Source: a virus
DNA length: 26,969 nt
Virus genome (UHGV): UHGV-2016197
Reading direction: 5' to 3' (one strand)
Position numbers and translations under genes: made by a program. The notes beneath the pieces are model-generated. The model saw nothing but the letters and a program-made list of their open reading frames with translations, had not been told where the DNA came from and ran no database searches. Below are positions 1-9,163 of this stretch, one piece after another. Every line of letters starts with the position of its first letter. The stretch's first letter is position 1.

Positions 1-83
1 TCACTCTGCCAGATGGCGCAATGCCATCTGGTATCACTTAAAGGTATTAAAAACAACTTTTTGTCTTTTTACCTTCCCGTTTC

Positions 84-246
84 GCTCAAGTTAGTATAAA
101 AAAGCTGAACGTGAAACATTAAAAACCATTAATATCAATGCATTACAATATCTTTAGTCTAAAAAATAGACTACATAATGCGACAAAACACAACATATCC
201 AGTCACTATGAATCAACTACTTAGATAGTATTAGTGACCTGTAGCA
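84..246. other. attR: Prophage attachment site attR (P arm - 15-bp core - B' flank), lambda type; host chromosome lies to the left
   Basis: Plus strand 91-105 ttagtataaaaaagc is the reverse complement of the lambda common core GCTTTTTTATACTAA. Left of it (plus 81-90) is the B'-type flank (reverse complement AACTTGAGCG); right of it are arm-type Int sites CAGTCACTAT (200-209) and ATTAGTGACCT (230-240). Comparison is to lambda att as recalled from memory. Confidence 0.7.
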
Positions 247-250
247 GAGC

Positions 251-292
251 ATTAGCGCAAGGTGATTTTTGTCCTCTTGCGCTAATTTTTTG
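251..292 (+). terminator. Rho-independent terminator, lambda tI/sib-like retroregulatory hairpin
   Basis: Perfect 11-bp stem ATTAGCGCAAG (251-261) / CTTGCGCTAAT (276-286) followed by TTTTTT. Position just beyond the P arm and near-identity to my recollection of the lambda tI/sib region. Confidence 0.6.
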
Positions 293-783
293 TCAACGCA
301 CTGGGTTAGTTGAATTTACAACCATGCTCAGTATCTCGATAAACGCAGAGAAATGATGCAGTGGTGGGCAGATTGGCTTGATGAAAGTGTGCTGTAATCC
401 TCATATCCAACCTAAGAGATATGCACAATTTTGTGAATAAGATATTGAGAATTAGCGAAAAGTTTTATTTTGCGTATCATCAATTCAGAATACAAAGTCA
501 CATGCTAATGTTCTGCATTGGTATCTTTTGCTTATCCATGTCTACATTATCGCCAAAATAATAGGTTTTGCCTATCAATTATTTGAATTACTTCCATGAA
601 ATTATAACGCACTTGTAATTTTTGATTATTTTTACCTCTCAAGTGTTTTGTTTCTTCTATCTCTTTGTATTTTTAGCGAAAGTATGCCATATTGCATTCT
701 AATATAACGTGGCGTTGTTTCTGTTTAATGATTTAAATAGTTCAACATAATATTTGCTAACAAATTATATCCAAGCAAATCAT

Positions 784-1929
784 ATGATATTATCATTACA
801 ATATATTAGAGGAATAGCATCATTACTTGTTGTTTTATTCCACTTCAGATTCTTGCTAAATGAGCACTACTCTCAGAAAGATTTGGGTGACCTATTATTT
901 GGGAATGGGCTGTCTGGAGTTGATATATTCTTCATATTAAGTGGATTTATCATCGTATACTCAACAAGAAAGAAGGAAGTTAATGATACTTTCTCATTCT
1001 CAATTAGAAGAATATTTAGAATATACCCATTACTAATCACATGCTGTTGCATGTATTACATAATAAACACTCAATTTCTAACCTATGCTACAGTTGAAAA
1101 CTTTAGAACATTACTTATTTCCATCATTCCATTAAATATAAACTGGAATGAAGGCGCTCCATTCTTTGCCTATAATCTTTTGTACCCGGCCTGGACGATA
1201 ACATATGAAATTGGTTTCTATGTTTTTTTCGGGGTATCAATGTCTATTTCGCATAAATACAGAACAATTATCTGTTCTGTTTTTATAATCATGGTGGTCT
1301 CATTTACACAATACTATGTGAATGGAAATATATCATTTTCAGGTGATGTTAGTGCAGGGTTATTTACAGATAACTGGTTATTAGGATATACAAATGTTAT
1401 TACATCTCCAATGATGTATGAATTCGTTATTGGGATGTTTCTTTCTGAAATATTTACAAACATCAACGAAAGAAAAAGTATTAAAAGGATACTTTCAAAG
1501 TATTCGCTTCAAATACTATGGATTTCATGTGGTATATCCATAATATTATTCATTATCCAGCGACCTTATGGGCATGGATTGAATGGATTTGGGACTATGG
1601 CGATGATACTTATTGCATCATCATTAGTATATGAATACTGCAATATAACACCCAAAATAAAAATATTTAATTTCCTTGGTGAAATATCATATTCTTTATA
1701 TCTAATTCACGCCGTGATACTTGCTTTGTTCTTCTATTATAAGGCAGACCTTGCTGAAATTGGCATAACTGGTGGATTTTCTGTGTTTTTTTCCTTGGTT
1801 ATTATCTCAATAACTGCATCATATCCAATATATATTCTCATTGAAAAGCCAATGATAAATATAGGCAAACGTTTAATTGACAAGAGAAACAATAGCATTA
1901 ATAAAAAAGAAACCGAAATAACAGCGTGA
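784..1929 (+). CDS. Acyltransferase family 3 integral membrane protein; probable surface-polysaccharide (O-antigen) O-acyltransferase, lysogenic conversion moron
   Basis: Translation has the acyltransferase-3 N-terminal pattern (LQYIRGIASLLVVLFH ... GVDIFFILSGFII) and multiple hydrophobic segments. Strongly AT-rich relative to the rest of the window. The ORF-track start at 754 is TTG; first ATG is 784. Sits where Sf6 carries oac (between tailspike and att). Confidence 0.8.
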   Translation: MILSLQYIRGIASLLVVLFHFRFLLNEHYSQKDLGDLLFGNGLSGVDIFFILSGFIIVYSTRKKEVNDTFSFSIRRIFRIYPLLITCCCMYYIINTQFLTYATVENFRTLLISIIPLNINWNEGAPFFAYNLLYPAWTITYEIGFYVFFGVSMSISHKYRTIICSVFIIMVVSFTQYYVNGNISFSGDVSAGLFTDNWLLGYTNVITSPMMYEFVIGMFLSEIFTNINERKSIKRILSKYSLQILWISCGISIILFIIQRPYGHGLNGFGTMAMILIASSLVYEYCNITPKIKIFNFLGEISYSLYLIHAVILALFFYYKADLAEIGITGGFSVFFSLVIISITASYPIYILIEKPMINIGKRLIDKRNNSINKKETEITA

Positions 1930-1941
1930 TAATGACAAAGT

Positions 1942-1968
1942 TAGTGCCGGGATACCCCGGCACTTTTT
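1942..1968 (+). terminator. Rho-independent terminator of the acyltransferase gene, shared with the convergent tailspike 3' end
   Basis: Stem GTGCCGG (1944-1950) / CCGGCAC (1957-1963), loop GATACC, then TTTTTAAT. The tailspike stop codon (1967-1969) lies inside the T tract. Confidence 0.55.
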
Positions 1969-3913
1969 AATCTATTTCGTAAGTGACAGTGATTATCACC
2001 TCTGCATTATTACCCAAAACATTTCGATATATATTCATATTACCTGATAATGTAGTTGCTCCAGTAAGAGTTATATAACTACTATTTGCATCAACCCTTG
2101 GAAGTAAAGCGGTAACTGCTGTTGTTAAATTATTATAGTAGCCTGTACTTCCAACATATGCAGCTTTATTGCTTGATACATATGGTAACCCTCCAATTCT
2201 GAAACCATCTCCTGACCCAATTAAAGTTATACCAAGGTGACATGTTGCCGTTATGATATTGCCACTCCTGACATAATTTCCTTTCTGCTGATAATATGTG
2301 GCATTACCACCTACAGTCGGAATCCAAACTCCAGTTTCTATATCACCACATGACCAGTCTTCTGCTGTTGTTAGTTTTCCAGTAACAATAAATTTACTTC
2401 CCCCACCAGAATTATAAGGAACAAAAATTGGATTTATTCTTGCATAAGTGTTACCGGTCTGCTCATTAAGATCATTTCTACCAATAAGAACCTGACCATT
2501 TTCAAAGTTTGATATCTGGCAGTCAGTTACACTCCAGCCCCTTAATTTTACATCAGCATCCATGACGCCAATAAGCTTGCCAGCGTTACCAATTTTTTCT
2601 TTATGCATATTTACATACACATTTCTTACCGTAACAGACTGAGGGAACAGATAATTAGCAGGATTGGTTTTATCACTTAAAACAGATATTACCCAAGGTC
2701 TGTATTGAGTACTTACTTCACAATAAAATCCATCAATAAGTGTTCCAGATGCCGCTGGTCCAAGTAGTATTCCACCTGTAGAGTGATGCGCACTACCTCC
2801 AATTACTCTCCCCTTAACGCAGTTAATATAGGCAAAATATCCTAAATCTTGATTGTCATAGGCTGACATAGCACAGTCTCTAACTGTTACTCGCGAATTT
2901 CCTCCATCATAAGCTGAGCCATCAGTTTTCTTACCAACTATTGATATAAAGTTACCAATAGCAACTCGACTATAAAAAGTTTTTTTATAACACCCCTCAA
3001 TTAAAATATCCCAGTTTTCAAACTGAGCATATATATCATAAGAGCTGGCGTTCCCATAATCTATGAAATCACAATATCTTATTTTCGGCGTATAAACGGC
3101 ACTTTTTATCTTTATACCACCTAATGCTCTCTCCCCACCTGTGAATCTAATGCCAGTAACGGTGTAATCGCCTTGATAGAAATTATCTGCGGTAGGATTA
3201 TTTTCGTCAGAATCATCACCCAATATAATAGCAAATTCACTCCCTGAATAATTAATTGTAGCCCCCTTATTTGAATATATAGTTACAGGCCTTATAAACT
3301 CCAAAGAATTACTTATTAGATACTCTCCATAAGGAAAAAAAATCTCAACTGGTGGTGAGTACTTAGGTCTGGAGTTTACGTAATTCATAATATTGATTAC
3401 ACCAACATCATCATTCGTGCCATCACCTTTAAACCCAAAGTCTTTCGCGCTCACAAAATCTGCATTTTTATCGTGCTGTGCTCTCTCGATTGCCATAGAG
3501 AGAGGTTGTTTTACACGAACAACTGAATCATCAACTAATAATGGCCCATTTTCAGATAGCAATCTTTCCTGAAATTGATCAGGATCATACTTCAGCACAT
3601 TAGGAAAATAGAACTGCTGCGAACCATACGCATCATAAACAGCCATAGAATGACCTTGCACAGTTACGAATTTGGCAATCTGCCCGTTATATACCGGATA
3701 TCCAGCAGCGTTAATGATGATTGGCTGTGCAACAGAAACGTGAGAGCCGTCTTCGTTTTCCACATAAACCTGAATCTGGTTTTCAGGATTTACAGGGTCA
3801 GTGTCAATTTTACCGATATAAATTTTGCCATTGGCTACGGCTTTAAAAGAACGCGCCATAGTGAAAAGTTGCGAAGGCATCGATACGATCACATTGGCTG
3901 TAATGTCTGTCAT
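1967..3913 (-). CDS. Tailspike protein (P22 gp9-type head-binding N-terminus, divergent receptor-binding domain)
   Basis: N-terminal ~110 aa ([11 protein letters not shown]...[20 protein letters not shown]...[13 protein letters not shown]...VLKYDPDQF) match the P22 gp9 head-binding domain from memory; remainder has beta-helix-like repetitive composition. ATG verified at 3913. Confidence 0.9.
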   Translation of the reverse strand: MTDITANVIVSMPSQLFTMARSFKAVANGKIYIGKIDTDPVNPENQIQVYVENEDGSHVSVAQPIIINAAGYPVYNGQIAKFVTVQGHSMAVYDAYGSQQFYFPNVLKYDPDQFQERLLSENGPLLVDDSVVRVKQPLSMAIERAQHDKNADFVSAKDFGFKGDGTNDDVGVINIMNYVNSRPKYSPPVEIFFPYGEYLISNSLEFIRPVTIYSNKGATINYSGSEFAIILGDDSDENNPTADNFYQGDYTVTGIRFTGGERALGGIKIKSAVYTPKIRYCDFIDYGNASSYDIYAQFENWDILIEGCYKKTFYSRVAIGNFISIVGKKTDGSAYDGGNSRVTVRDCAMSAYDNQDLGYFAYINCVKGRVIGGSAHHSTGGILLGPAASGTLIDGFYCEVSTQYRPWVISVLSDKTNPANYLFPQSVTVRNVYVNMHKEKIGNAGKLIGVMDADVKLRGWSVTDCQISNFENGQVLIGRNDLNEQTGNTYARINPIFVPYNSGGGSKFIVTGKLTTAEDWSCGDIETGVWIPTVGGNATYYQQKGNYVRSGNIITATCHLGITLIGSGDGFRIGGLPYVSSNKAAYVGSTGYYNNLTTAVTALLPRVDANSSYITLTGATTLSGNMNIYRNVLGNNAEVIITVTYEID

Positions 3914-3977
3914 TTAATTTGCTCCAGATACAAGGAATCGCCGCAGCATGGCTACGGTGAGTATTTGTTTGCTTTTT

Positions 3978-4000
3978 GCACTACACTTTTTGTGTAGTGC
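3978..4000. repeat. Perfect 9-bp inverted repeat with 5-nt loop in the tailspike leader
   Basis: gcactacac (3978-3986) ttttt gtgtagtgc (3992-4000); not followed by a U tract on either strand, so operator or RNA hairpin rather than terminator. Confidence 0.4.
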
Positions 4001-4047
4001 TATCTCTCAAGGCCATAGCCGCTGAGTAGCTACGGTGAATTTTGGGC

Positions 4048-4074
4048 ATAAAAAAACCCAGCCGAAGCTGGGTC
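4048..4074 (-). terminator. Rho-independent terminator (minus strand)
   Basis: Minus-strand RNA CCCAGC-UUCG-GCUGGG followed by seven U (plus-strand A run 4050-4056). Confidence 0.6.
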
Positions 4075-4121
4075 GTTGCGTTGGTTATCTGTCAGTAGTT
4101 ATGTACTGGCTGAAGGATTTG

Positions 4122-4147
4122 TACAAAAACCCACCTGACGGTGGGTT
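4122..4147 (-). terminator. Rho-independent terminator immediately downstream of the 322-aa gene (minus strand)
   Basis: Stem AACCCACC (4128-4135) / GGTGGGTT (4140-4147), 4-nt loop, U-rich tail on the minus strand (UUUUUGU). Confidence 0.6.
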
Positions 4148-4153
4148 TCATAA

Positions 4154-5122
4154 TTAGATTTCTGGTTTCATTCTTCCAAAAACCTTTTCTATTCCTTTTT
4201 CGTATTCTTCTCTTGTCTCACTCATCGCTGCGACCCCAAGAAGCTTACCGATATGCTGACGCAAAGCCTTGACACCAATTTCAGAAAGGAACAGATGCAA
4301 CTTATCAGATTGTTTTCCGTTCTCGTCTCGGCTGGCTCGAATCTGTTCAAGGATTTTACCTTTACTCTTTGCTAGCGGGGTGTATATCTGCATGTTGGTT
4401 AGCTGCCCAAAACGAATAGGCCGTCCTTTCTCTGGCCTATTCAGGCCGTACAGTCGATACCACTCCTCGTATAGCTCATCTGGAAATTCCTTTTCATATT
4501 GACGAGCTTCTTCACGAACAAACGCTTTGAACTCGTCAATGACAGCCTGAACTTCTGGACGATAACCAGCAAGCGCATACGCAACCCCCTTAATTCCCGC
4601 CTTAGCGGAGGCATTAATAAGTCTCTGTGCTGCGGCGGCTGCCTTTAACCGTGATTGTGGTAGATCGTCATTATCTTTGGCTTCTATTAGTGCCCTACCA
4701 ATATCAACAATTGCTGTAATGTCATAACCTAACGCTTGATGAACGGTTTTAGACTTCGAAGTAAGTTGAAATTTATAGGGATTTTCCATTTTTCGCTGCA
4801 ATTCTAGATCTCGGTATTTGCTCATATACTGAGCGCCAAGTAGTTGATCTAAATCCCTGGCATGTTCACCAATCCCTAGCAACTGAGATAATCCAGTTTT
4901 CGTAACAACGACAGTTTTCGACTCGTCATCCAGTACATAACATTCAGCATCAATGCCAAAATCATCTAAAAAGTTACCACGATGAGTTGCCCTGAGAATC
5001 TTACTTTTCCATCTTGCAGCAGCTGCTTTCTTTGCTATTTCAGAACGCTGCTCTTTAGTCAGCGACTTTGCGCGAGCGATCCCGCCCTTAGCTTTCCCTT
5101 CACTACTTTTCTTTTCTGTCAT
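4154..5122 (-). CDS. Hypothetical accessory protein, P63C-domain-like, with basic N-terminal putative nucleic-acid-binding segment; function unknown
   Basis: 322-aa ORF; ATG verified at 5122 with AAGGTG Shine-Dalgarno. N-terminus KGGIARAKSLTKEQRSEIAKKAAAARW followed by ATHRGNFLDDFGIDAECYVLDDESKTVV resembles the pattern I recall for P63C-domain phage proteins. Own promoter and two terminators; not part of the P22 core virion gene set. Confidence 0.7.
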   Translation of the reverse strand: MTEKKSSEGKAKGGIARAKSLTKEQRSEIAKKAAAARWKSKILRATHRGNFLDDFGIDAECYVLDDESKTVVVTKTGLSQLLGIGEHARDLDQLLGAQYMSKYRDLELQRKMENPYKFQLTSKSKTVHQALGYDITAIVDIGRALIEAKDNDDLPQSRLKAAAAAQRLINASAKAGIKGVAYALAGYRPEVQAVIDEFKAFVREEARQYEKEFPDELYEEWYRLYGLNRPEKGRPIRFGQLTNMQIYTPLAKSKGKILEQIRASRDENGKQSDKLHLFLSEIGVKALRQHIGKLLGVAAMSETREEYEKGIEKVFGRMKPEI

Positions 5123-5277
5123 AATGCAAGCACCTTGTTGTGATATATGCTTGCATTATATACACTGTACACACATACAAGCAAGCATAAAACCAAAACA
5201 AAATGCTTGCATTACAACCGCGCTACTCCAACTACACATTATCATCTGGTATCCTGCACAAAACTAAGGAGGTTGGT
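5123..5277. promoter_or_regulatory. Divergent control region with four copies of a 9-10 bp operator-like motif (ATGCTTGCAT and its complement) and a perfect TATAAT for the minus-strand gene
   Basis: Motif copies at 5124-5132, 5147-5156, 5181-5188 and 5203-5212 in alternating orientation, forming two inverted-repeat pairs with 14-15 bp spacers. Minus-strand TATAAT at 5155-5160 abuts one copy; AAGGAGG Shine-Dalgarno at 5266-5272 serves the plus-strand ORF. Confidence 0.5.
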
Positions 5278-5606
5278 GTGCTTGAATGGTTTCTGTTGGC
5301 TGCATTAGTCGTTTCTGGTTTGGTGTATGAGTATCGAATGCACTCTCTAACAAAAAAATAGGAATTCTAGAAAACGAATATTGTGCTCTCAAATCCTCAC
5401 TGGAACGTGAGCAAGGGGACTTAAAAATCTCTCTGTCTAGCATTGAGCGTTCTATAGAGAGCTTAGAGGATAAGGTTGATCGTATAAAGAATGAGGATAT
5501 TCATGATATTAAGGACGACATATCCTTCTTAAAATCTTGGTTGAAAAATGTTGGGAAAATTGCCACATCAACACGAGATAAGCTCAATCCATCCATGGAT
5601 GACTAA
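5278..5606 (+). CDS. Small membrane-anchor ORF (27 codons, GTG start) that reaches a 83-codon coiled-coil-like downstream frame only through a -1 shift at an A7 tract; possible recoded gene, phase-variable gene or frameshifted pseudogene
   Basis: Strong SD AAGGAGG + 5 nt + GTG (5278). Frame 0 reads (M)LEWFLLAALVVSGLVYEYRMHSLTKK then TAG at 5359-5361. Heptamer A_AAA_AAA at 5352-5358; -1 frame continues IGILENEYCALKSSLEREQGDLKISLSSIERSIESLEDKVDRIKNEDIHDIKDDISFLKSWLKNVGKIATSTRDKLNPSMDD to TAA at 5604-5606 and has no ATG/GTG/TTG start of its own. Confidence 0.3.
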
Positions 5607-7766
5607 TTACTCCTGTGCCATTCCGCTTAGCGATGCCACAATTCCAGCTCTTGCTAAACGCTGGAACTCTTCGTTTCCTAGTGCCTCGCGTATTGCTTTT
5701 ACGGCGGCCTTATTTGCCATAAATCTGCGTTCCGCTGCCGCTAATGCTTCTTTGCTTCCGCCTGCTCTTACTGCTTTAGTGGCTTCCTGAACTGCTTTCT
5801 CTATCGCATACCGACCACTACGTGTGGTGGCAATTTTAGATACAGCGCCTTTTAACCCAGCGCCAACTAAAGCACCTGCGGCAGCGCCTGCAATGCCTCC
5901 TCCAGCGCCACCAACAATGGCACCTGATGTTGAGTTGGCAATTGCATTTAACACTGTTGATGTGACGTTGGATAAACCAGCATCCAGATCGCGTAGTACA
6001 TTGGCAGTTCTCCCTGTTCTTTCAATATACTGCTGAGGTTTCACTGCTGCTCTTGCAAGAGTGCCATACGCATCAGCAATTCTTCCAAGCTCTGAGGAAT
6101 ATCTGCTAATGGCTTTTACATTTTGTGGAGTGAGTATCTCTGCGATATGGTTAATTCCTGCTGCATCAGCTTTGCCACCACGTACACCATGCGAGATGGC
6201 ATCCTGCAACATTGATGATATAGCAGGAACACGCTCTGATTCTGGCAGCGCGCGGATCATAGAATGGAATCCAGCAGGACCATTAAGACCTTTAGCTGAC
6301 GATGATTGAAGGGATTTTACTCCATTCGTAATCAGTGCATCTGTTGCCAAATCACGCCCGAAAACAGACTCTGCACTCTCTTGTGCTGATAACCTCGCTT
6401 TAGACAGATCATTAGCTTTTTGCCAGTCATCAAGAAATCCGCCGTTTTCCGCCATTGTGCGCATATCATCAGTAATTGCCCGGCGTATTTCCCCTGCTCT
6501 CCTTGCCGCATTTGCCTCTCCGCTACGCTTATATTTTTGCTCCGCATCAGCAAATTTCGCTCTCCATGCTTTCATGCCATCAAATGTTACTCCACCTTGA
6601 TTGTTTGCCTGAACAAACTGTTTCATTTCAGGAGTAAGCGGTATGCCGGCAGATCGCTCTGCCTGAATAACGGCATTACCATTTAGCATTCTTGCTTTTT
6701 GATTTGGCATTGTTGACCGTACGTCATCCCATGCCGCGCGCTCGGCATCCTTCATCTGATCAAGATTTTGAAGAATCCTTTGTTTTATAGCCGCACTTTT
6801 TTCTGATGCCGTTCCAGATGCGGCCCCAAATTCATCAAGGTTTCGACTTAACTTTGATGATATTTCGTTAAATGCTGCCTGATGGGCGTCCTGAACAATT
6901 CCTGGTGTTGATGCCAATGCGCCTTCGGCTTGTGCAATTCCACGACTTCCAGATCGCATTCCTGGTGTTAATGCGTTTATATCAATTCCAGCAGACTCAG
7001 CCGCTTTTGCTACATCTTCGGACACATTAGCGGCCTGACTGGCAATTGACTGACGCCCAGCACCTGACTTTGCCATCCTGGAAACATCATTAGCAGAATT
7101 CAGTGCTGCACCACCAAGAGCCTGTGAAACCCTTGGCGCAATAACGCGCCCGACACCTGAAAGAACGCCTTGAGCACCAATATTGATACCACCGTTAATG
7201 GCAGCATTTTGTGCAAAGTCGCCCTCCTGATTTGCAGCATCAGCAAGAGAACCTGCAATCATGTTTCCTGCGGAACCGATATCTCCAGCGAGCTTTGCTG
7301 TCGCTCCAGCAGCTTTTGCCGCTGTGCCAATTGGCAGGAGATACCCACCAAATGTTTCACCGGCTTGCGCCCAACGGTCTGTCGGTCGATCGACAGGGCG
7401 ATAAACATCATCCAAAACCTTGGGGCCACCAAGCCCATGGCTGATTGCATTAATCAGACTTGCGCCACCCTGCAATACGTCAAATGGTATGTTTACCAGA
7501 CCACGACCAGCCTGTTCTGCAATTTGCCCTGCACTTTGACCACCTGTGAGCCAATCGCCAGCTTGTTGCATCAATGATGGTTCTTCTTTCTGCTGCTGAT
7601 GCGGAGGGTATGCTGCATAAAACTGATCTCTTGCTTCAGCCCATTTGTCACCAGCCTTAGGGGCAACAACCTCATCAAAATATTGCGCTTGAGCCTGTGC
7701 TTTCTGTTCTTCAGTTAACGCCTGATACTGTGGAGAGGCGATAACATCTTTCCATGCTTTAGCCAT
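5607..7766 (-). CDS. Ejection (pilot) protein, P22 gp16-like
   Basis: 719-aa Ala/Gly/Gln-rich protein at the gp16 position, last gene of the head-tail operon; ATG verified at 7766, overlapping the upstream stop (TAATG). Confidence 0.75.
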   Translation of the reverse strand: MAKAWKDVIASPQYQALTEEQKAQAQAQYFDEVVAPKAGDKWAEARDQFYAAYPPHQQQKEEPSLMQQAGDWLTGGQSAGQIAEQAGRGLVNIPFDVLQGGASLINAISHGLGGPKVLDDVYRPVDRPTDRWAQAGETFGGYLLPIGTAAKAAGATAKLAGDIGSAGNMIAGSLADAANQEGDFAQNAAINGGINIGAQGVLSGVGRVIAPRVSQALGGAALNSANDVSRMAKSGAGRQSIASQAANVSEDVAKAAESAGIDINALTPGMRSGSRGIAQAEGALASTPGIVQDAHQAAFNEISSKLSRNLDEFGAASGTASEKSAAIKQRILQNLDQMKDAERAAWDDVRSTMPNQKARMLNGNAVIQAERSAGIPLTPEMKQFVQANNQGGVTFDGMKAWRAKFADAEQKYKRSGEANAARRAGEIRRAITDDMRTMAENGGFLDDWQKANDLSKARLSAQESAESVFGRDLATDALITNGVKSLQSSSAKGLNGPAGFHSMIRALPESERVPAISSMLQDAISHGVRGGKADAAGINHIAEILTPQNVKAISRYSSELGRIADAYGTLARAAVKPQQYIERTGRTANVLRDLDAGLSNVTSTVLNAIANSTSGAIVGGAGGGIAGAAAGALVGAGLKGAVSKIATTRSGRYAIEKAVQEATKAVRAGGSKEALAAAERRFMANKAAVKAIREALGNEEFQRLARAGIVASLSGMAQE

Positions 7767-9154
7767 TAATCACCCCATAGTGAAGAAAAGTTACTGCTGG
7801 CTGCTGGCTGTGATACCTGTGCAGGTTGAGATTGCTGCCGCTGAGATTTACCAACATTAACGTTATATTGTTGGTTGTAATTGTTGGTGTATTCCTGAAT
7901 CTCACGAATCGACTGCTGCATAGCCTCCGGGCTTGAATAGTCAACCTGCGGCATCCCCTGAAAATACATCTTCGCTTCTGCAACGGTGTTAATACCACTG
8001 GCACCCATGTCCCTTGCTGCCGCCACACCCTGTTTCTGCATTCTGCCCTGAATACGTTGTGCTGAGTTATATAACTGGCGCTGCTCTTTTCCCGTTAATC
8101 GGCTGCGAACATCAGCACCAATTGCTGGATTACCTGCACCGCCTGTCATTCCTGTCATGAAATCGAGAGCAGAAGCGTCTGCATTTGCGATCGCGTCGAT
8201 ATCCTTCTTCATGGCATAGTTTTGTGCTGATGCAGACGATGTTGCCGGCGCAGCGATTGAACTGGCAGGAACGCGAACCATATTCCCCTCGTTGTCGATG
8301 CCTTCGTAGAACGCATTAGCCCCAGCGCCGTGAAGTTTCCCTCCTACCGTTACAGTTCTGCCATCTGATAACTGAACTGTACGCTCATCATTCCCAGCGG
8401 TTCCTCTTGTTGACGCTCGCTGCATTGCCAAATCCTGCCCGCGTCGCGCAGTAGAAGCAGATAAGTCCTGACCGCGCATCGTGATGTTCTGACCTCGTGC
8501 TGTTAGCGCCTCTCCAGCCTGATTGCTGCGGATTGTCTCTGCCAGCCTGCCTCGGTCAATTTCACGACCAGCCATCTTGTCCTGAACATTGAAGTAATCA
8601 ATCGGACCAAGAGCAGCCATCCCAAGGTGATCAACAAACTCACCAAATCCTGAAGGATTCTGCTGATACATCTGAGCAACGCTGTTAGGGTCAACACCGA
8701 CGCGAGTCAGTTCCTTGGCGTTGTTTTGCAGCCATGATTGCATTGCTTCTGGAGACGATGACGCAAGGCGTGCGCCAGCCGCTAAGGTGCCGATAGAATT
8801 ACGCTGGTCTTCATCAATGAATCCCATGCCTTTACGAACGGATTCAATCTGGTCTGGATATTGAGTAGCCAACTGACGCAAAGCACCGCGATCACCAGAC
8901 GCATAAGCATTAGCGTACGCCTGCTGAAATTCTTTCTGCCGCTGAGCCTGCTTCTCCTGCTGAAACACCCCCGCAATACCTGAAAGGCCTTGCAAAGCAG
9001 TCAGCCCAACATTGTTAGCGCCTGAACGCTCAATATCATTGTTCTGCCTGATAAGCTGAAGCGTATTGCCGATGTCATTTACGCTCGGAGCGTTTGAGTT
9101 GACGCCGCCGATACCAGCCAACAATCCGCCATTTGATCCTTGCCAAGTAGCCAT
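7766..9154 (-). CDS. Ejection protein, P22 gp20-like
   Basis: 462 aa, conserved position between gp7 and gp16 homologues; ATG verified at 9154. Confidence 0.75.
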   Translation of the reverse strand: MATWQGSNGGLLAGIGGVNSNAPSVNDIGNTLQLIRQNNDIERSGANNVGLTALQGLSGIAGVFQQEKQAQRQKEFQQAYANAYASGDRGALRQLATQYPDQIESVRKGMGFIDEDQRNSIGTLAAGARLASSSPEAMQSWLQNNAKELTRVGVDPNSVAQMYQQNPSGFGEFVDHLGMAALGPIDYFNVQDKMAGREIDRGRLAETIRSNQAGEALTARGQNITMRGQDLSASTARRGQDLAMQRASTRGTAGNDERTVQLSDGRTVTVGGKLHGAGANAFYEGIDNEGNMVRVPASSIAAPATSSASAQNYAMKKDIDAIANADASALDFMTGMTGGAGNPAIGADVRSRLTGKEQRQLYNSAQRIQGRMQKQGVAAARDMGASGINTVAEAKMYFQGMPQVDYSSPEAMQQSIREIQEYTNNYNQQYNVNVGKSQRQQSQPAQVSQPAASSNFSSLWGD

Positions 9155-9163
9155 GATTACCCC

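Noticed and set aside
754-783. TTG-initiated 10-codon extension of the acyltransferase ORF
   Set aside because: First ATG at 784 gives the typical acyltransferase-3 N-terminus; the extension has no support.
3575-3997. 140-aa plus-strand ORF overlapping the tailspike 5' region
   Set aside because: Antisense to a well-supported gene, no ribosome-binding site, low-complexity translation; typical shadow ORF.
5548-5790. 80-aa plus-strand ORF overlapping the 3' end of the gp16 gene
   Set aside because: Lies antisense inside gp16 and reads past the real plus-strand stop at 5604-5606 in a different frame; no support.
5824-7577. Several 60-135 aa ORFs on both strands inside the gp16 gene
   Set aside because: All nested within a long, compositionally coherent gene (Ala/Gly-rich, so GC-rich alternate frames stay open); no independent signals.
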